Origin: Tubiluchus corallicola
Lineage: Eukaryota > Animalia > Priapulida
DNA length: 64,000 bases
Assembly: GCA_030141605.1 (NCBI GenBank)
Contig: JAQGDQ010000841.1
Span: forward strand, 24,817-88,816
Direction: 5' to 3'
Positions 13,800 through 25,379 of the stretch are shown piece after piece. How positions within the stretch are numbered: position 1 is the first letter of the stretch; every line of letters starts with the position of its first letter. Both the position numbers and the translations under genes were made by a program. A model generated the notes under the pieces. It was given only the letters and a program-made list of their open reading frames with translations, was not told where the DNA came from and did no database searches.

Positions 13800-15917
13800 A
13801 TGAGCACTGAGAACGGGCTTGCAGACAATCATTTCTCCGGGTCGCACCACCGGGTTGCGTCAGCACCGTCGGCACGGAATGGCAGATCTTCTCCTACGTA
13901 CAGTGCACACAGTTACATGATTCGTACCAGTTTGTGGAAACTCAGTGCGGAAAAACGTGCGAAAAAAGTGCGGTTTTATCGCAACGGAGACAGATACTTT
14001 AAAGGAGTGATTTACGCTGTTTCGTGCGAGAAATTCCGAACGTTTGATTCATTGCTGGCAGATCTGAATCGGACACTGTGCGACAAGGTGAATCTACCGC
14101 ACGGCGTGCGACATATATTCTCTTTACAGGGTCACAAAATCCACTCGCTAGACGAGTTAGAGGACGGCGGGTCGTACGTGTGTGCTTCCGACAATCGGTT
14201 CAAACGGGAGAATTATTCCGTTAGTTCTAACCCGACCTGGCATGCGTCGGTGAAGAATCGGTCAAGTCCTAACTTGCTAGAGCTAAGCTGTGCCCGACCG
14301 CAAGAGGAAGAGTTTGCAGCGCGAGATTTCATCAAACCCAAATTAGTCACAGTCATAAGAAACGGTGTAAAACCGCGGAAAGCCGTTCGAATACTTCTCA
14401 ACAAAAAGACTGCCCACTCATTCGAACAAGTATTAAGCGACATTACCAATGCCATCAAACTGGACACCGGACCGGTCAAGAAGATTTTCAGTTTGGATGG
14501 CCGTCAGATTACCACACTTCGAGGCTTTTTCGAAGACGACGATATTTTTATCGCTTACGGACCGGAAAAGTATTGCCATGATGATTTTGACATCTCTGAA
14601 GACGAACTCAGAGTTTCCAGAACTCCTTCTAGAAGTAAATGTCTTGGAGGAAGTGGAAGAGTTACTCCAAAGTCTCCTCACGGTCTGAGGAAGTCAGCAA
14701 AGGATTCCCCGATCACACCAACTAGCAGTAGTAGCCATGTCAGTGGTGAACTGTCCGATGTCGAGAGACGGTCGGTCGGATGTAAGTCACCTGGCTCCGG
14801 ACGAAAGCAGCGACCAAGAAGTCTGGCCAAACCGCTCGAAAATTGCCGACTGACCGCGGTTGCCAATGGAAACGGAAAGTGCAACCTCCCGCCTTTCATC
14901 TTGGAAAAGTTTTCCGTGGGCAAATTGGTGGGCGACGGCAACTTTGCCGTTGTGCGCCAGTGCGTGGAGATGTCGACGCAGAAGGAGTACGCCCTGAAAA
15001 TCATCGACAAGACGAAGGTCCGGGGAAAAGCCCAGATGATCAACAACGAAGTGAAGATCTTGAGGAAAGTTAAACATCCGAACATTGTGCAACTTATCGA
15101 AGAATACAGCACTCCGGTCGAGCTGTACCTAGTCATGGAGCTGGTGAAGGGAGGAGATCTCTTCGACCACATCGCGTCTTCCACTAAATACACGGAACGA
15201 GACGCCAGCGGGATGGTGTTCAACCTGCTGAGCGCCGTCAACTACCTGCATTCCATGAACATTGTTCATCGGGACATTAAACCCGAGAATCTTCTCGTGT
15301 GTGAACACGAGGACGGGAGCAAGTCGCTGAAACTTGGAGATTTTGGTTTATCGATGGAAGTAACGAAGCCCATATTCACCGTATGCGGCACTCCCACCTA
15401 CGTCGCTCCGGAAATATTAAAGGAAACCGGCTACGGCTTGCCGGTGGATATCTGGGCGGTGGGAGTGATCACCTACATTCTTCTGTGTGGCTTCCCGCCT
15501 TTCGTCAGCATCGCCAACAGCCAAGACGAGCTTTTCGACAAGATCATTGGCGGCGCATTTGAGTTCACGTCGCCCTTCTGGGACGAGATTTCCGATTCTG
15601 CCAAGGAGCTGATTGCCGGCATGCTCCAAGTGGACCCGGAGACCCGCTGGACTGCCGAGCAGTGTCTCTTCCATCCGTGGGTGCACGGCGACACGGCACG
15701 AGATGACGACATGCACATCACCGTCGCCAGGAAACTGACGTTGTACTTTGACATGGCCGGCAAGCATAATCATACGCCGACAACGGCAGGATTAGCGGTT
15801 TTAGCTCACACGGCTCTGGACAAGGACATGGATCAGTGGCACGGTCACCACCGATCTCCGGAAGCTGGAGACGCTTTCCAAGTAAACTGTGACAAGCTTT
15901 TGCAAAACGAAATATGA
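13800..15917 (+). CDS. DCLK1: Doublecortin-like serine/threonine kinase (two DCX domains + CAMK-family kinase), single coding exon
   Basis: 705-aa ORF: AKKVRFYRNGDRYFKG (DCX1), KPKLVTVIRNGVKPRKAVRILLNKKTAHSFEQVL (DCX2), GDGNFAVV, YALKII, HRDIKPEN, LGDFG, CGTPTYVAPE; acceptor TTTTTCAG at 13742 in the 5' UTR. Confidence 0.97.
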   Translation: MSTENGLADNHFSGSHHRVASAPSARNGRSSPTYSAHSYMIRTSLWKLSAEKRAKKVRFYRNGDRYFKGVIYAVSCEKFRTFDSLLADLNRTLCDKVNLPHGVRHIFSLQGHKIHSLDELEDGGSYVCASDNRFKRENYSVSSNPTWHASVKNRSSPNLLELSCARPQEEEFAARDFIKPKLVTVIRNGVKPRKAVRILLNKKTAHSFEQVLSDITNAIKLDTGPVKKIFSLDGRQITTLRGFFEDDDIFIAYGPEKYCHDDFDISEDELRVSRTPSRSKCLGGSGRVTPKSPHGLRKSAKDSPITPTSSSSHVSGELSDVERRSVGCKSPGSGRKQRPRSLAKPLENCRLTAVANGNGKCNLPPFILEKFSVGKLVGDGNFAVVRQCVEMSTQKEYALKIIDKTKVRGKAQMINNEVKILRKVKHPNIVQLIEEYSTPVELYLVMELVKGGDLFDHIASSTKYTERDASGMVFNLLSAVNYLHSMNIVHRDIKPENLLVCEHEDGSKSLKLGDFGLSMEVTKPIFTVCGTPTYVAPEILKETGYGLPVDIWAVGVITYILLCGFPPFVSIANSQDELFDKIIGGAFEFTSPFWDEISDSAKELIAGMLQVDPETRWTAEQCLFHPWVHGDTARDDDMHITVARKLTLYFDMAGKHNHTPTTAGLAVLAHTALDKDMDQWHGHHRSPEAGDAFQVNCDKLLQNEI

Positions 15918-16524
15918 GCATAACCGGGTTAATTGTTTAGTTTAGTTAAGTAATATAATTATTTAATTATTTGAGTGATGCAATCGGTATTAGCTAATAC
16001 ATACTCGAGTAGTTTTTCACTGTCGTTCAGCTGACAGATCATTGAGAGTTACGAGTTTCTTAGTTCAAATCTTTCCGGTGCAGAAGTTTCTGCTTTTTTT
16101 CGTTTTTGCAATTTATAATTCTTTCTTGAACACATGAGCAAAAAATCAAAATACTTCTTTTTTAGTATTAATAAATATAATTGTGCAATAGGCGAATAAG
16201 ATAATCTTTTTGTGAGTGGCGTAGTAGTAATAATTTCTGTGTTTTGTCGTTCAGTATGGAGAGACTGACCAGTTAAAGCAATTTTTAATTGGACACAGGA
16301 GGTTTTTGTTGTACGATGTTTTTTATTTAACTCCCACGAACATTTAAAAGGGAAAAAAATTGGGAATTTTACAGCAAATCCCAAAAAACTTTCCATACAA
16401 GGTTATGGTACTTTGCATTATGCTTACCTATTTGAAAAAGTTGTGCGATTGGAAAAGAAAATTCTTCACAATTTAAAATATTCACCGCCCCCCCCCCCCC
16501 GCCCCCGGTAAAACAGCAGTCTAT

Positions 16525-17230
16525 CACCATCCCAGTGTTCACCACTGATTCACCATCCCAGTGTTCACCACTGATTCACCATCCCAGTGTTCACCACCGA
16601 TTCACCATCCCAGTGTTCACCACTGATTCACCATCCCAGTGTTCACCACTGATTCACCATCCCAGTGTTCACCACTGATTCACCATCCCAGTGTTCACCA
16701 CTGATTCACCATCCCAGTGTTCACCACTGATTCACCATCCCAGTGTTCACCACCGATTCACCATCCCAGTGTTCACCACCGATTCACCATCCCAGTGTTC
16801 ACCACCGATTCACCATCCCAGTGTTCACCACCGATTCACCATCCCAGTGTTCACCACCGATTCACCATCCCAGTGTTCACCACTGATTCACCATCCCAGT
16901 GTTCACCACTGATTCACCATCCCAGTGTTCACCACTGATTCACCATCCCAGTGTTCACCACTGATTCACCATCCCAGTGTTCACCACTGATTCACCATCC
17001 CAGTGTTCACCACTGATTCACCATCCCAGTGTTCACCACTGATTCACCATCCCAGTGTTCACCACTGATTCACCATCCCAGTGTTCACCACCGATTCACC
17101 ATCCCAGTGTTCACCACCGATTCACCATCCCAGTGTTCACCACTGATTCACCATCCCAGTGTTCACCACCGATTCACCATCCCAGTGTTCACCACTGATT
17201 CACCATCCCAGTGTTCACCACTGATTCACC
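16525..17230. repeat. 26-bp tandem repeat, ~27 copies
   Basis: Unit CACCATCCCAGTGTTCACCACYGATT. Confidence 0.95.
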
Positions 17231-17520
17231 AAAAACGTATCTTTAAACTTATTGACACGATACGGTAATTTAAAATTTTACTTAACTAGCGAAGATAGTG
17301 CTACGAATGCTCTGATGATGTTTCCGAACTTTACACAATGTTATCTAGACTTGTTTCAAATGACTTACCGATAAAATGACTGCGCCTAACAGACATCGTG
17401 GGAGTTTAAATTTAAAAGTTTTTTACAGTGTTACTCCTAACACTAGCTCTATATGTAATAACACAGCATGTAAGTGCTCGTTGGTTTTGAGACGAATTTT
17501 TTAAGCTTTGTTTATGAAAA
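17200..17520. mobile_element. Unclassified dispersed repeat (also 33665-33975, partly 31030-31130)
   Basis: Shared AAAAACGTAT..GTAATTTAAAATTTTACTTAA..GCTACGAATGCTCTGAT..CTGCGCCTAAC. Confidence 0.6.
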
Positions 17521-17969
17521 GTGTTATCTTGTCCTTTAAACTTTTTTTGACAGATATTGCATTTACGAGTGGCTGTCGTTGTCAAAGATCTCAGCATTAG
17601 GAATAGGTTGTGAGTTTTGTGGTAGATTATGGCCTTATTAAAAGCTCTTAGAACTGCTGTATTGCAAGTTGGAAATGAGTGTCTTGTCTTCCTCTTCTTC
17701 ATGTGCCGTACCACGTGCACATGGTCAGATATTTGGAAAATTTCGGCGGTCCATTTCTAGCTTATTTCATTCTTGCAATTAATACATCCAAGGGGGGGGG
17801 CGAAGAGATATACCCCTACTATCACAGTCATTGCTTAAAATTATCGTGCCCCCGTACCCTCATATGGTATAGTGGTGGTGGGGTCAGACGAGTGCAGCGA
17901 GCCTCTACAGCTAGTGGGTGGGTTTGGAGCGCTGTAACTACACATTACATTGATTATTGATCACAATAA

Positions 17970-18004
<35 letters not shown>

Positions 18005-18334
18005 GATATATAGAAAAATATACTGATATATGGAGATCTTGAATTAAAAATAAGATATAAACGATAACACACTGCTTTTGAATACCGGAGTATTGAATGA
18101 TCCATAAAAAGACAGTGTGACCTGCCATCATCTAACTGATTTAAATGAAAAGAACTCTATGATACAATTAATGGTAGAATGCTGAACGGTTTTTCCTGGG
18201 TAAAGGCTGGAGATGATTGTAGTTCTCCCGAGTTCTCGTGAGCAAAAATCATAAAAGTCACAGCATGAAAATACGGAGATAGAAAGAGACAAGGAGTAGA
18301 AGAAAGAAAAAACTTTTCAGATAAAAGTATACCG

Positions 18335-18748
18335 ATATGACCTAGGACTGCATGGTTTTGCCACTGTTGAACTGATACGACCGAAGACTGCGCGGTGTTG
18401 CCACTGTTGAACTGATACGACCGAAGACTGCGCGGTGTTGCCACTGTTGAACTGATATGACCGAAGACTGCGCGGTGTTGCCACTGTTGAACTGATATGA
18501 CCGAAGACTGCGTGGTGTTGCCACTGTTGAACTGATACGACCGAAGACTGCAACATGACCGAAGACTGCGTGGTGTTGCCACTGTTGAACTGATATGACC
18601 GAAGACTGCGTGGTGTTGCCACTGTTGAACTGATATGACCGAAGACTGCGTGGTGTTGCCACTGTTGAACTGATATGACCGAAGACTGCGTGGTGTTGCC
18701 ACTGTTGAACTGATATGACCGAAGACTGCGTGGTGTTGCCACTGTTGA
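18335..18748. repeat. 40-bp tandem repeat, ~10 copies
   Basis: Unit GACCGAAGACTGCGTGGTGTTGCCACTGTTGAACTGATAT. Confidence 0.95.
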
Positions 18749-19354
18749 AGATGTTGATCCTTCTCTTTGTATCGGCAGCTGCGATTCGTCCCAAACTGTC
18801 ACTATTTGTAGTGACCACTTGACCCCCGGGCCCGGCCTCTTACGCCAGAGTGATAGTAGCTAATGTCAGGCAATTTACCCCACTACTGAGTGAGACAGAG
18901 AACAGAAAAATCCGAGTCCTGACACAACATGGGGAATTAATTGCATGTAGAGGTTCCAATTTCCAAACCCCCTCACCCTATGTTAGAAGACCTTATTCAT
19001 GGGTGGTCAAGTGACCTGCATGCCCCCCCCCCCCCAAGCGGACGCCCATGGATGTACCATATAATGTTACCGCGTTTTTCTCTGTCGAGGTTGGCCTATT
19101 TTAAGAACAGATCTCACCGTTCTCGCGAAATAAAGATTTGCTCAAATCCACTTGTAGTCAAACTACTTAGAGTGGGCACTTTTTTAAATTCTGTAAAGCA
19201 GTTGTGCTCGAAGCTGTAGTGCATCATGGTCATTAGCCCACATTATTGTAATAATGCTTGTACATTGCTTTGAGTGTGAATTGCAGGTGCTCGGCTAGAT
19301 TGAGTGCCTGCAGCAGTTTTCATGGTTAAAAACTCAGCAAGTTAACAGTTTAGT

Positions 19355-21708
19355 GTAGCAACGTGTGCGGTGCGCGCAAGGGTCAGTTTTTGCTCCCCCG
19401 GGGGTGTAGACTGTAACAGTTTTGTAATTTTCTAGGTGTACTCAGTATAACAACGTGTGCGGTGTTGTTTAGTGTGGAACACGCAAGGGTCAGTTTTTGC
19501 TCCCCGGGGGTGTAGACTGTAACAGTTTTGTAATTTTCTAGGTGTACTCAGTATAACAACGTGTGCGGTGTTGTTTAGTGTGGAACACGCAAGGGTCAGT
19601 TTTTGCTCCCCCGGGGGTGTAGACTGTAACAGTTTTGTAATTTTCTAGGTGTACTCAGTATAACAACGTGTGCGGTGTTGTTTAGTGTGGAACACGCAAG
19701 GGTCAGTTTTTGCTCCCCGGGGGTGTAGACTGTAACAGTTTGTAATTTTCTAGGTGTACTCAGTATAACAACGTGTGCGGTGTTGTTTAGTGTGGAACAC
19801 GCAAGGGTCAGTTTTTGCTCCCCGGGGGTGTAGACTGTAACAGTTTTGTAATTTTCTAGGTGTACTCAGTATAACAACGTGTGCGGTGTTGTTTAGTGTG
19901 GAACACGCAAGGGTCAGTTTTTGCTCCCCGGGGGTGTAGACTGTAACAGTTTTGTAATTTTCTAGGTGTACTCAGTATAACAACGTGTGCGGTGTTGTTT
20001 AGTGTGGAACACGCAAGGGTCAGTTTTTGCTCCCCCGGAGATGTAGACTGTTACAGTTTTGTAATTTTCTAGCTGTACTGAGTATAGCAACGTGTGTGCG
20101 GTGTTGTTTAGTGTGGAACACGCAAGGGTCAGTTTTTGCTCCCCCGGAGGTGTAGACTGTTACAGTTTGTAATTTTCTAGCTGTACTCAGTATAGCAACG
20201 TGTACGGTGTTGTTTAGTGTGGAACACGCAAGGGTCAGTTTTTGCTCCCCCGGAGGTGTAGACTGTTACAGTTTTGTAATTTTCTAGCTGTACTCAGTAT
20301 AACAACGTGTGTGCGGTGTTGTTTAGTGTGGAACACGCAAGGGTCAGTTTTTTCTCCCCTGGGGGTGTAGACTGTTACAGTTTTGTAATTTTCTAGCTGT
20401 ACTCAGTATAGCAATGTGTGCGATGTTGTTTAGTGTGGAACACGCAAGGGTCAGTTTTTGCTCCCGGGGGGGGGGGGTGTAGACTGTTACAGTTTTGTAA
20501 TTTTCTAGCTGTACTCAGTATAGCAACGTGTGTACGGTGTTGTTTAGTGTGGAACACGCAAGAGTCAGTTTTTGCTCCCCCGGGGGTGTAGACTGTTACA
20601 GTTTTGTAATTTTCTAGGTGTACTCAGTATAGTAACGTGTGTGATGTTGTTTAGTGTGGAACACGCAAGGGTCAGTTTTTGCTCCCCCGGGGGTGTAGAC
20701 TGTTACAGTTTTGTAATTTTCTAGCTGTACTCAGTATAACAACGTGTGTGCGGTGTTGTTTAGTGTGGAACACGCAAGGGTCAGTTTTTTCTCCCCCGGG
20801 GGTGTAGACTGTTACAGTTTAGTAATTTTCTAGCTGTACTGAGTATAGCAATGTGTGCGATGTTGTTTAGTGAGGAGCACGCAAGGGTCAGTTTTTGCTC
20901 CCCCGGGGGTGTAGACTGTTACAGTTTTGTAATTTTCTAGCTGTACTCAGTATAACAACGTGTGTGCGGTGTTGTTTAGTGTGGAACACGCAAGGGTCAG
21001 TTTTTGCTCCCCCTGGGGGGTGTAGACTGTTACAGTTTTGTAATTTTCTAGCTGTACTCAGTATAGCAATGTGTGCGATGTTGTTTAGTGTGGAACACGC
21101 AAGGGTCAATTTTTGCTCCCCGGGGGTGTAGACTGTTATGGTTTTGTAATTTTCTAGCTGTACTCAGTATAACAACGTGTGTGCGGTGTTGTTTAGTGTG
21201 GAACACGCAAGGGTCAGTTTTTGCTCCCCGGGGGTATAGACTGTTACAGTTTAGTAATTTTCTAGCTGTACTCAGTATAACAACGTGTGTGCGGTGTTGT
21301 TTAGTGTGGAACACGCAAGGGTCAGTTTTTGCTCCCCGGGGGGGGGGGGTGTAGACTGTTACAGTTTTGTAATTTTCTAGCTGTACTCAGTATAGCAATG
21401 TGTGCGATGTTGTTTAGTGTGGAACACGCAAGGGTCAATTTTTGCTCCCCGGGGTTGTAGACTGTTATGGTTTTGTAATTTTCTAGCTGTACTCAGTATA
21501 ACAACGTGTGTGCGGTGTTGTTTAGTGTGGAACACGCAAGGGTCAGTTTTTGCTCCCCGGGGGTGTAGACTGTAACAGTTTTGTAATTTTCTAGCTGTAC
21601 TCAGTATAACAACGTGTGCGGTGTTGTTTAGTGTGGAACACGCAAGGGTCAGTTTTTGCTCCCCGGGGGTGTAGACTGTTATGGTTTTGTAATTTTCTAG
21701 CTGTACTT
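19355..21708. repeat. ~106-110-bp tandem repeat, ~22 copies
   Basis: CACGCAAGGGTCAGTTTTTGCTCCCCGGGGGTGTAGACTG recurring. Confidence 0.95.
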
Positions 21709-22017
21709 TAGTAGCAAGGCTTGTATTGGATGTTAAAAAGAGAAAGAGATTGGATGTTAAAAAGAGAAAGAGATTGGATGTTAAAAAGATTCAGCACATT
21801 CTTGCCAAAATTGTGCTTCCAACAAATTTCATATGGTTCATAACAAAAAACATATTAATAACATAAATTTTGATAACTTATTATTTATTTGTTAATAGTA
21901 AATAAATAATGTAGTCAATTACGATATAAAAATCTGTGACTTTTCTATTTATCTGTGTTTTATCGCAGGAGTAATAAGCGTTTTGACAGTTTGGTGGTGC
22001 ACACGCTCAGTTTCTGC

Positions 22018-22298
22018 AGGTCAAAGGTTAAGTGTGCCACACCAATGCATATTAACTGCAACCACCGTGTGACATATGGGTATAGCAAAGCTGTCTGCTG
22101 CATCAGTTGAGTAACTTCGGTTGTTTATGTGGATTTTACTTAATTATGCATTTATTGGCAGGATCTTGCTTGAGAACAAGAAAAAATGAACTAGGTAAGA
22201 TTCTAGCTGTCAAAACTGTTAGTGTCACAATAGCATGGGCTGTGAGGCGTTGTCAAGTGTACAGAAATGCATTGTCTGGTACACTTGACCTTTGACCT
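22018..22298. mobile_element. MITE-like element with ~22-bp inverted ends (second copy 23830-24138)
   Basis: AGGTCAAAGGTTAAGTGTGCCA ... TGGTACACTTGACCTTTGACCT; internal similarity between the two copies. Confidence 0.5.
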
Positions 22299-22619
22299 TT
22301 CAACGATCATCGTCAATTGTGTATCTGTGAAAAGGCTTATTGGCACGGACAGATCATTCATTCTAATGGACGTGAAATTTCTCATTTTCCTAAAAGCGCT
22401 ATCATCGTAACCCCTTGGTGATTATAATTGACGGTCGATGATGTACGATCAAAACTGCAGCGTTTGGTCTGGCGCCTGAATTAATCATTCATTTACATGC
22501 AAAAACTGCAAGCTTATCCATTAACAAACTTGTTTTCAGCAATGTAACTAATGTACATTGTGTTTTTCAATTTTTAGATCGAACTTAAAACCTGTAGTTG
22601 TTGCTCAGTTTTTCTTGTA

Positions 22620-22916
22620 GCATTGTTTGTACATTGTTACTGCATTGTTACTATATTGTTAGTACATTGTTACTACATTGTTAGTACATTGTTACTGCAT
22701 TGTTACTATATTGTTAGTACATTGTTACTACATTGTTAGTACATTGTTACTACATTATTAGTACATTGTTACTACATTGTTAGTACAATGTTAGTACGTT
22801 GTTACTACATTGTTAGTACATTGTTACTACATTATTAGTACATTGTTACTACATTATTAGTACATTGTCACTATATTGCTACTACATTGTTACTACATTG
22901 TTAGTACATTGTTAGT
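22620..22916. repeat. 11-bp minisatellite (ACATTGTTAST)
   Basis: Direct reading. Confidence 0.9.
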
Positions 22917-23829
22917 AAGTAAAGACTTTATTAGTTAAAACATCAGAATGATTGTGAACATGAGCATCTGCCTATTATGAGGTTCCATTAAAGGAAAAGA
23001 CAAGTCATTCAGTTTGTCGGGTTTCTTTTACTGTTATCAGTTAAAGTTAGGAAAATATAACAATGAAATTTGCAAAAAATTGTCCGTAAAGCATAAATTT
23101 AAAATATACTTTCCTATGGATAGAAATTTTCAGTTCGCCACCATTCAATTGAAAATCATGACGTAACTGGGAGACTTCGTGAGTTTTCGTAAGCGCATCG
23201 TTGCTTTCCGTAAGCACGAGCTGCTTAAACTAATTCAAACTTCTGCAGCTTACCTAACGTTCATGCAAAAATATTACAAAATCAGCTGTCTAATTTTTTG
23301 TAAAAACTTATTATACTTTTGATGAAGACTGCCAATGCGCCACTTTCTTCAAGACGAATGACGTCATTGGAAGAAGAACGGGCATTGAAAATGGAAGCTC
23401 TCAAGCATGAAGTGATCGCGAATTTAAAGTGATTTTGCTAATTACACGAGGCGGTTATTGTAGTTTTATTACTAAATCGTAACATTTCTCACGAACACTG
23501 AAATAAGCCTAACATCCAAGAAGGCTTGACTTTTCCTTTAAAACACGATCAGATCTGATAAGCAAAAATTGTCATTGGCAAAGTATTCTTGTAAACTTAA
23601 CGTGATATTTGTAATAATTACTCTTTGTTTTCCTGCATTGTTGTTCGTTGTTGTGAATGCTTGTTTACTTTTCTGCTTCATTGAGCTTCAGATCTTGTAG
23701 TTTAATTTACCGGAAAATGGAAGTCAAATTTCTCTGAACTTTTCGAAAAAGCTGTAAAATGTAAAACAAGTTTCGATCTTGTTTACAATCATTATATATA
23801 TATATGTTTCGTTGTGTGCACGTTGCTGT

Positions 23830-24138
23830 AGGTCAAAGGGTAAGTGTGCCACAGCATCGCGTCTTAATTACAACTATCATGTGCTGTGTGTACTTAAAAC
23901 AAAGCCGTCTGCCGCACCAGTTCAGGAACGTCAGTTTTTTTCGCGTGGTCTTTACTTAATAATGCATTAGTCTGTGCCTAGAGTGATTTGCTAGCAGGAT
24001 CTTGCTTGGGAACAAGAAAAAATGAACTAGGTAAGGTTCTAGGTAGCTGTTAAAACTGTTACTGTTACAATAGCAAGGGCTGCGAGGCATTGTCAAGTGT
24101 ACACAAATGTGTTGTCTGGTACACTTAACCTTTGACCT
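23830..24138. mobile_element. MITE-like element, second copy
   Basis: AGGTCAAAGGGTAAGTGTGCCA ... TGGTACACTTAACCTTTGACCT. Confidence 0.5.
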
Positions 24139-24249
24139 CTTCACGCTCATCATCAATCGCTGGAACTGTGTAAAGGCTTATTGCAGGTGCATGAATTACC
24201 ATTGTTATATATTATTACACACATACACACACACACAGATATATGTGTG

Positions 24250-24281
<32 letters not shown>

Positions 24282-25379
24282 TGCGTGTGTGAGTATAATG
24301 GTAAAAATGTAATAATACGGTTGAGGTTAATGATAGACCGTGTGTTCCATAATCATTAAATTTTATTCGAAATTACATTTCGTTTGTTTATTTGACAGAT
24401 GTTGTCTTCAAAAAGTCTGTATTTGCATATTGTTGTTAGGTATAATATTAATATGGGAGATTGATGAAAGATATCTGTGCTGTTCAGAAGATATCTGTGC
24501 TGTTCAGAAGATTCGTCAAACATTCGCTTTCTTAGTTACTATTCAAGTCACTTGACCAAATAAGATTAATATTATTATTGTATAAAACTTTCATTGATTT
24601 CCCTTTCAATGTTATTCGTTTGTGAGTCTAGGCTTTATCTGTCTGCGTGAAAGTAGACAAGCTTTCCATTGACGTAGATGTGAGCATTACAAATAAGTAT
24701 TACGGAATTCATCAGACCTATTTCATTTCTTTTATCGCTGGATGAGCATTAAAATTATGGCCTCGAATGTCTAGCAGTTAATGGAGCTTGCACGTGCTGC
24801 CATCTACACTGGCATTGTTTAACTACAAACTGGGCGTCTTTACAACGAGCATTCGCAGCTGTATGAAATGTAGATTAAAGTGCATCTGTATGTATGGTTG
24901 TTTAACAATACCGTGATCTGTATTAATATGAAAATAAGACGAGAAAATAAAATAAGACTTTGTTGTGCTGCAGTTTGACTATCTACATGTTTATGTGTAC
25001 AACGTAAGTCATAGTTACATGACTAATTTTTGCCATTAAAATACATTGATAACCACTGAAATAAAACTTTACAGAAATGATCAGTGTTAGTTAATAAAAA
25101 CTTACACTGCTAAAGACAAATGCGTCAGTGCAATCTAAACTACAGTGCAGTAATGAAAAGTAATGACGAATGAAAATAAAACGTAATTACAACTATTTAC
25201 AAATATTAAAAATTATGATTTAATTAATATGGCCGTAAATATATAGATTCTGAATTAGTGTGTCTGTAGAAACACTGCGATTGCAATTTGTACAGCAAAA
25301 CAACAAATGTCAGCATAGACTGATGTTAGATCAAACTTATTTCTAGTTATTAATTTTTCTGATTCAGTAGTTAGAAGCT

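Noticed and set aside
14213-15921. Antisense and alternative-frame ORFs within DCLK
   Set aside because: Shadow ORFs of a GC-rich coding exon
18157-18818. Overlapping 158-181-aa ORFs
   Set aside because: Products of the stop-free 40-bp repeat
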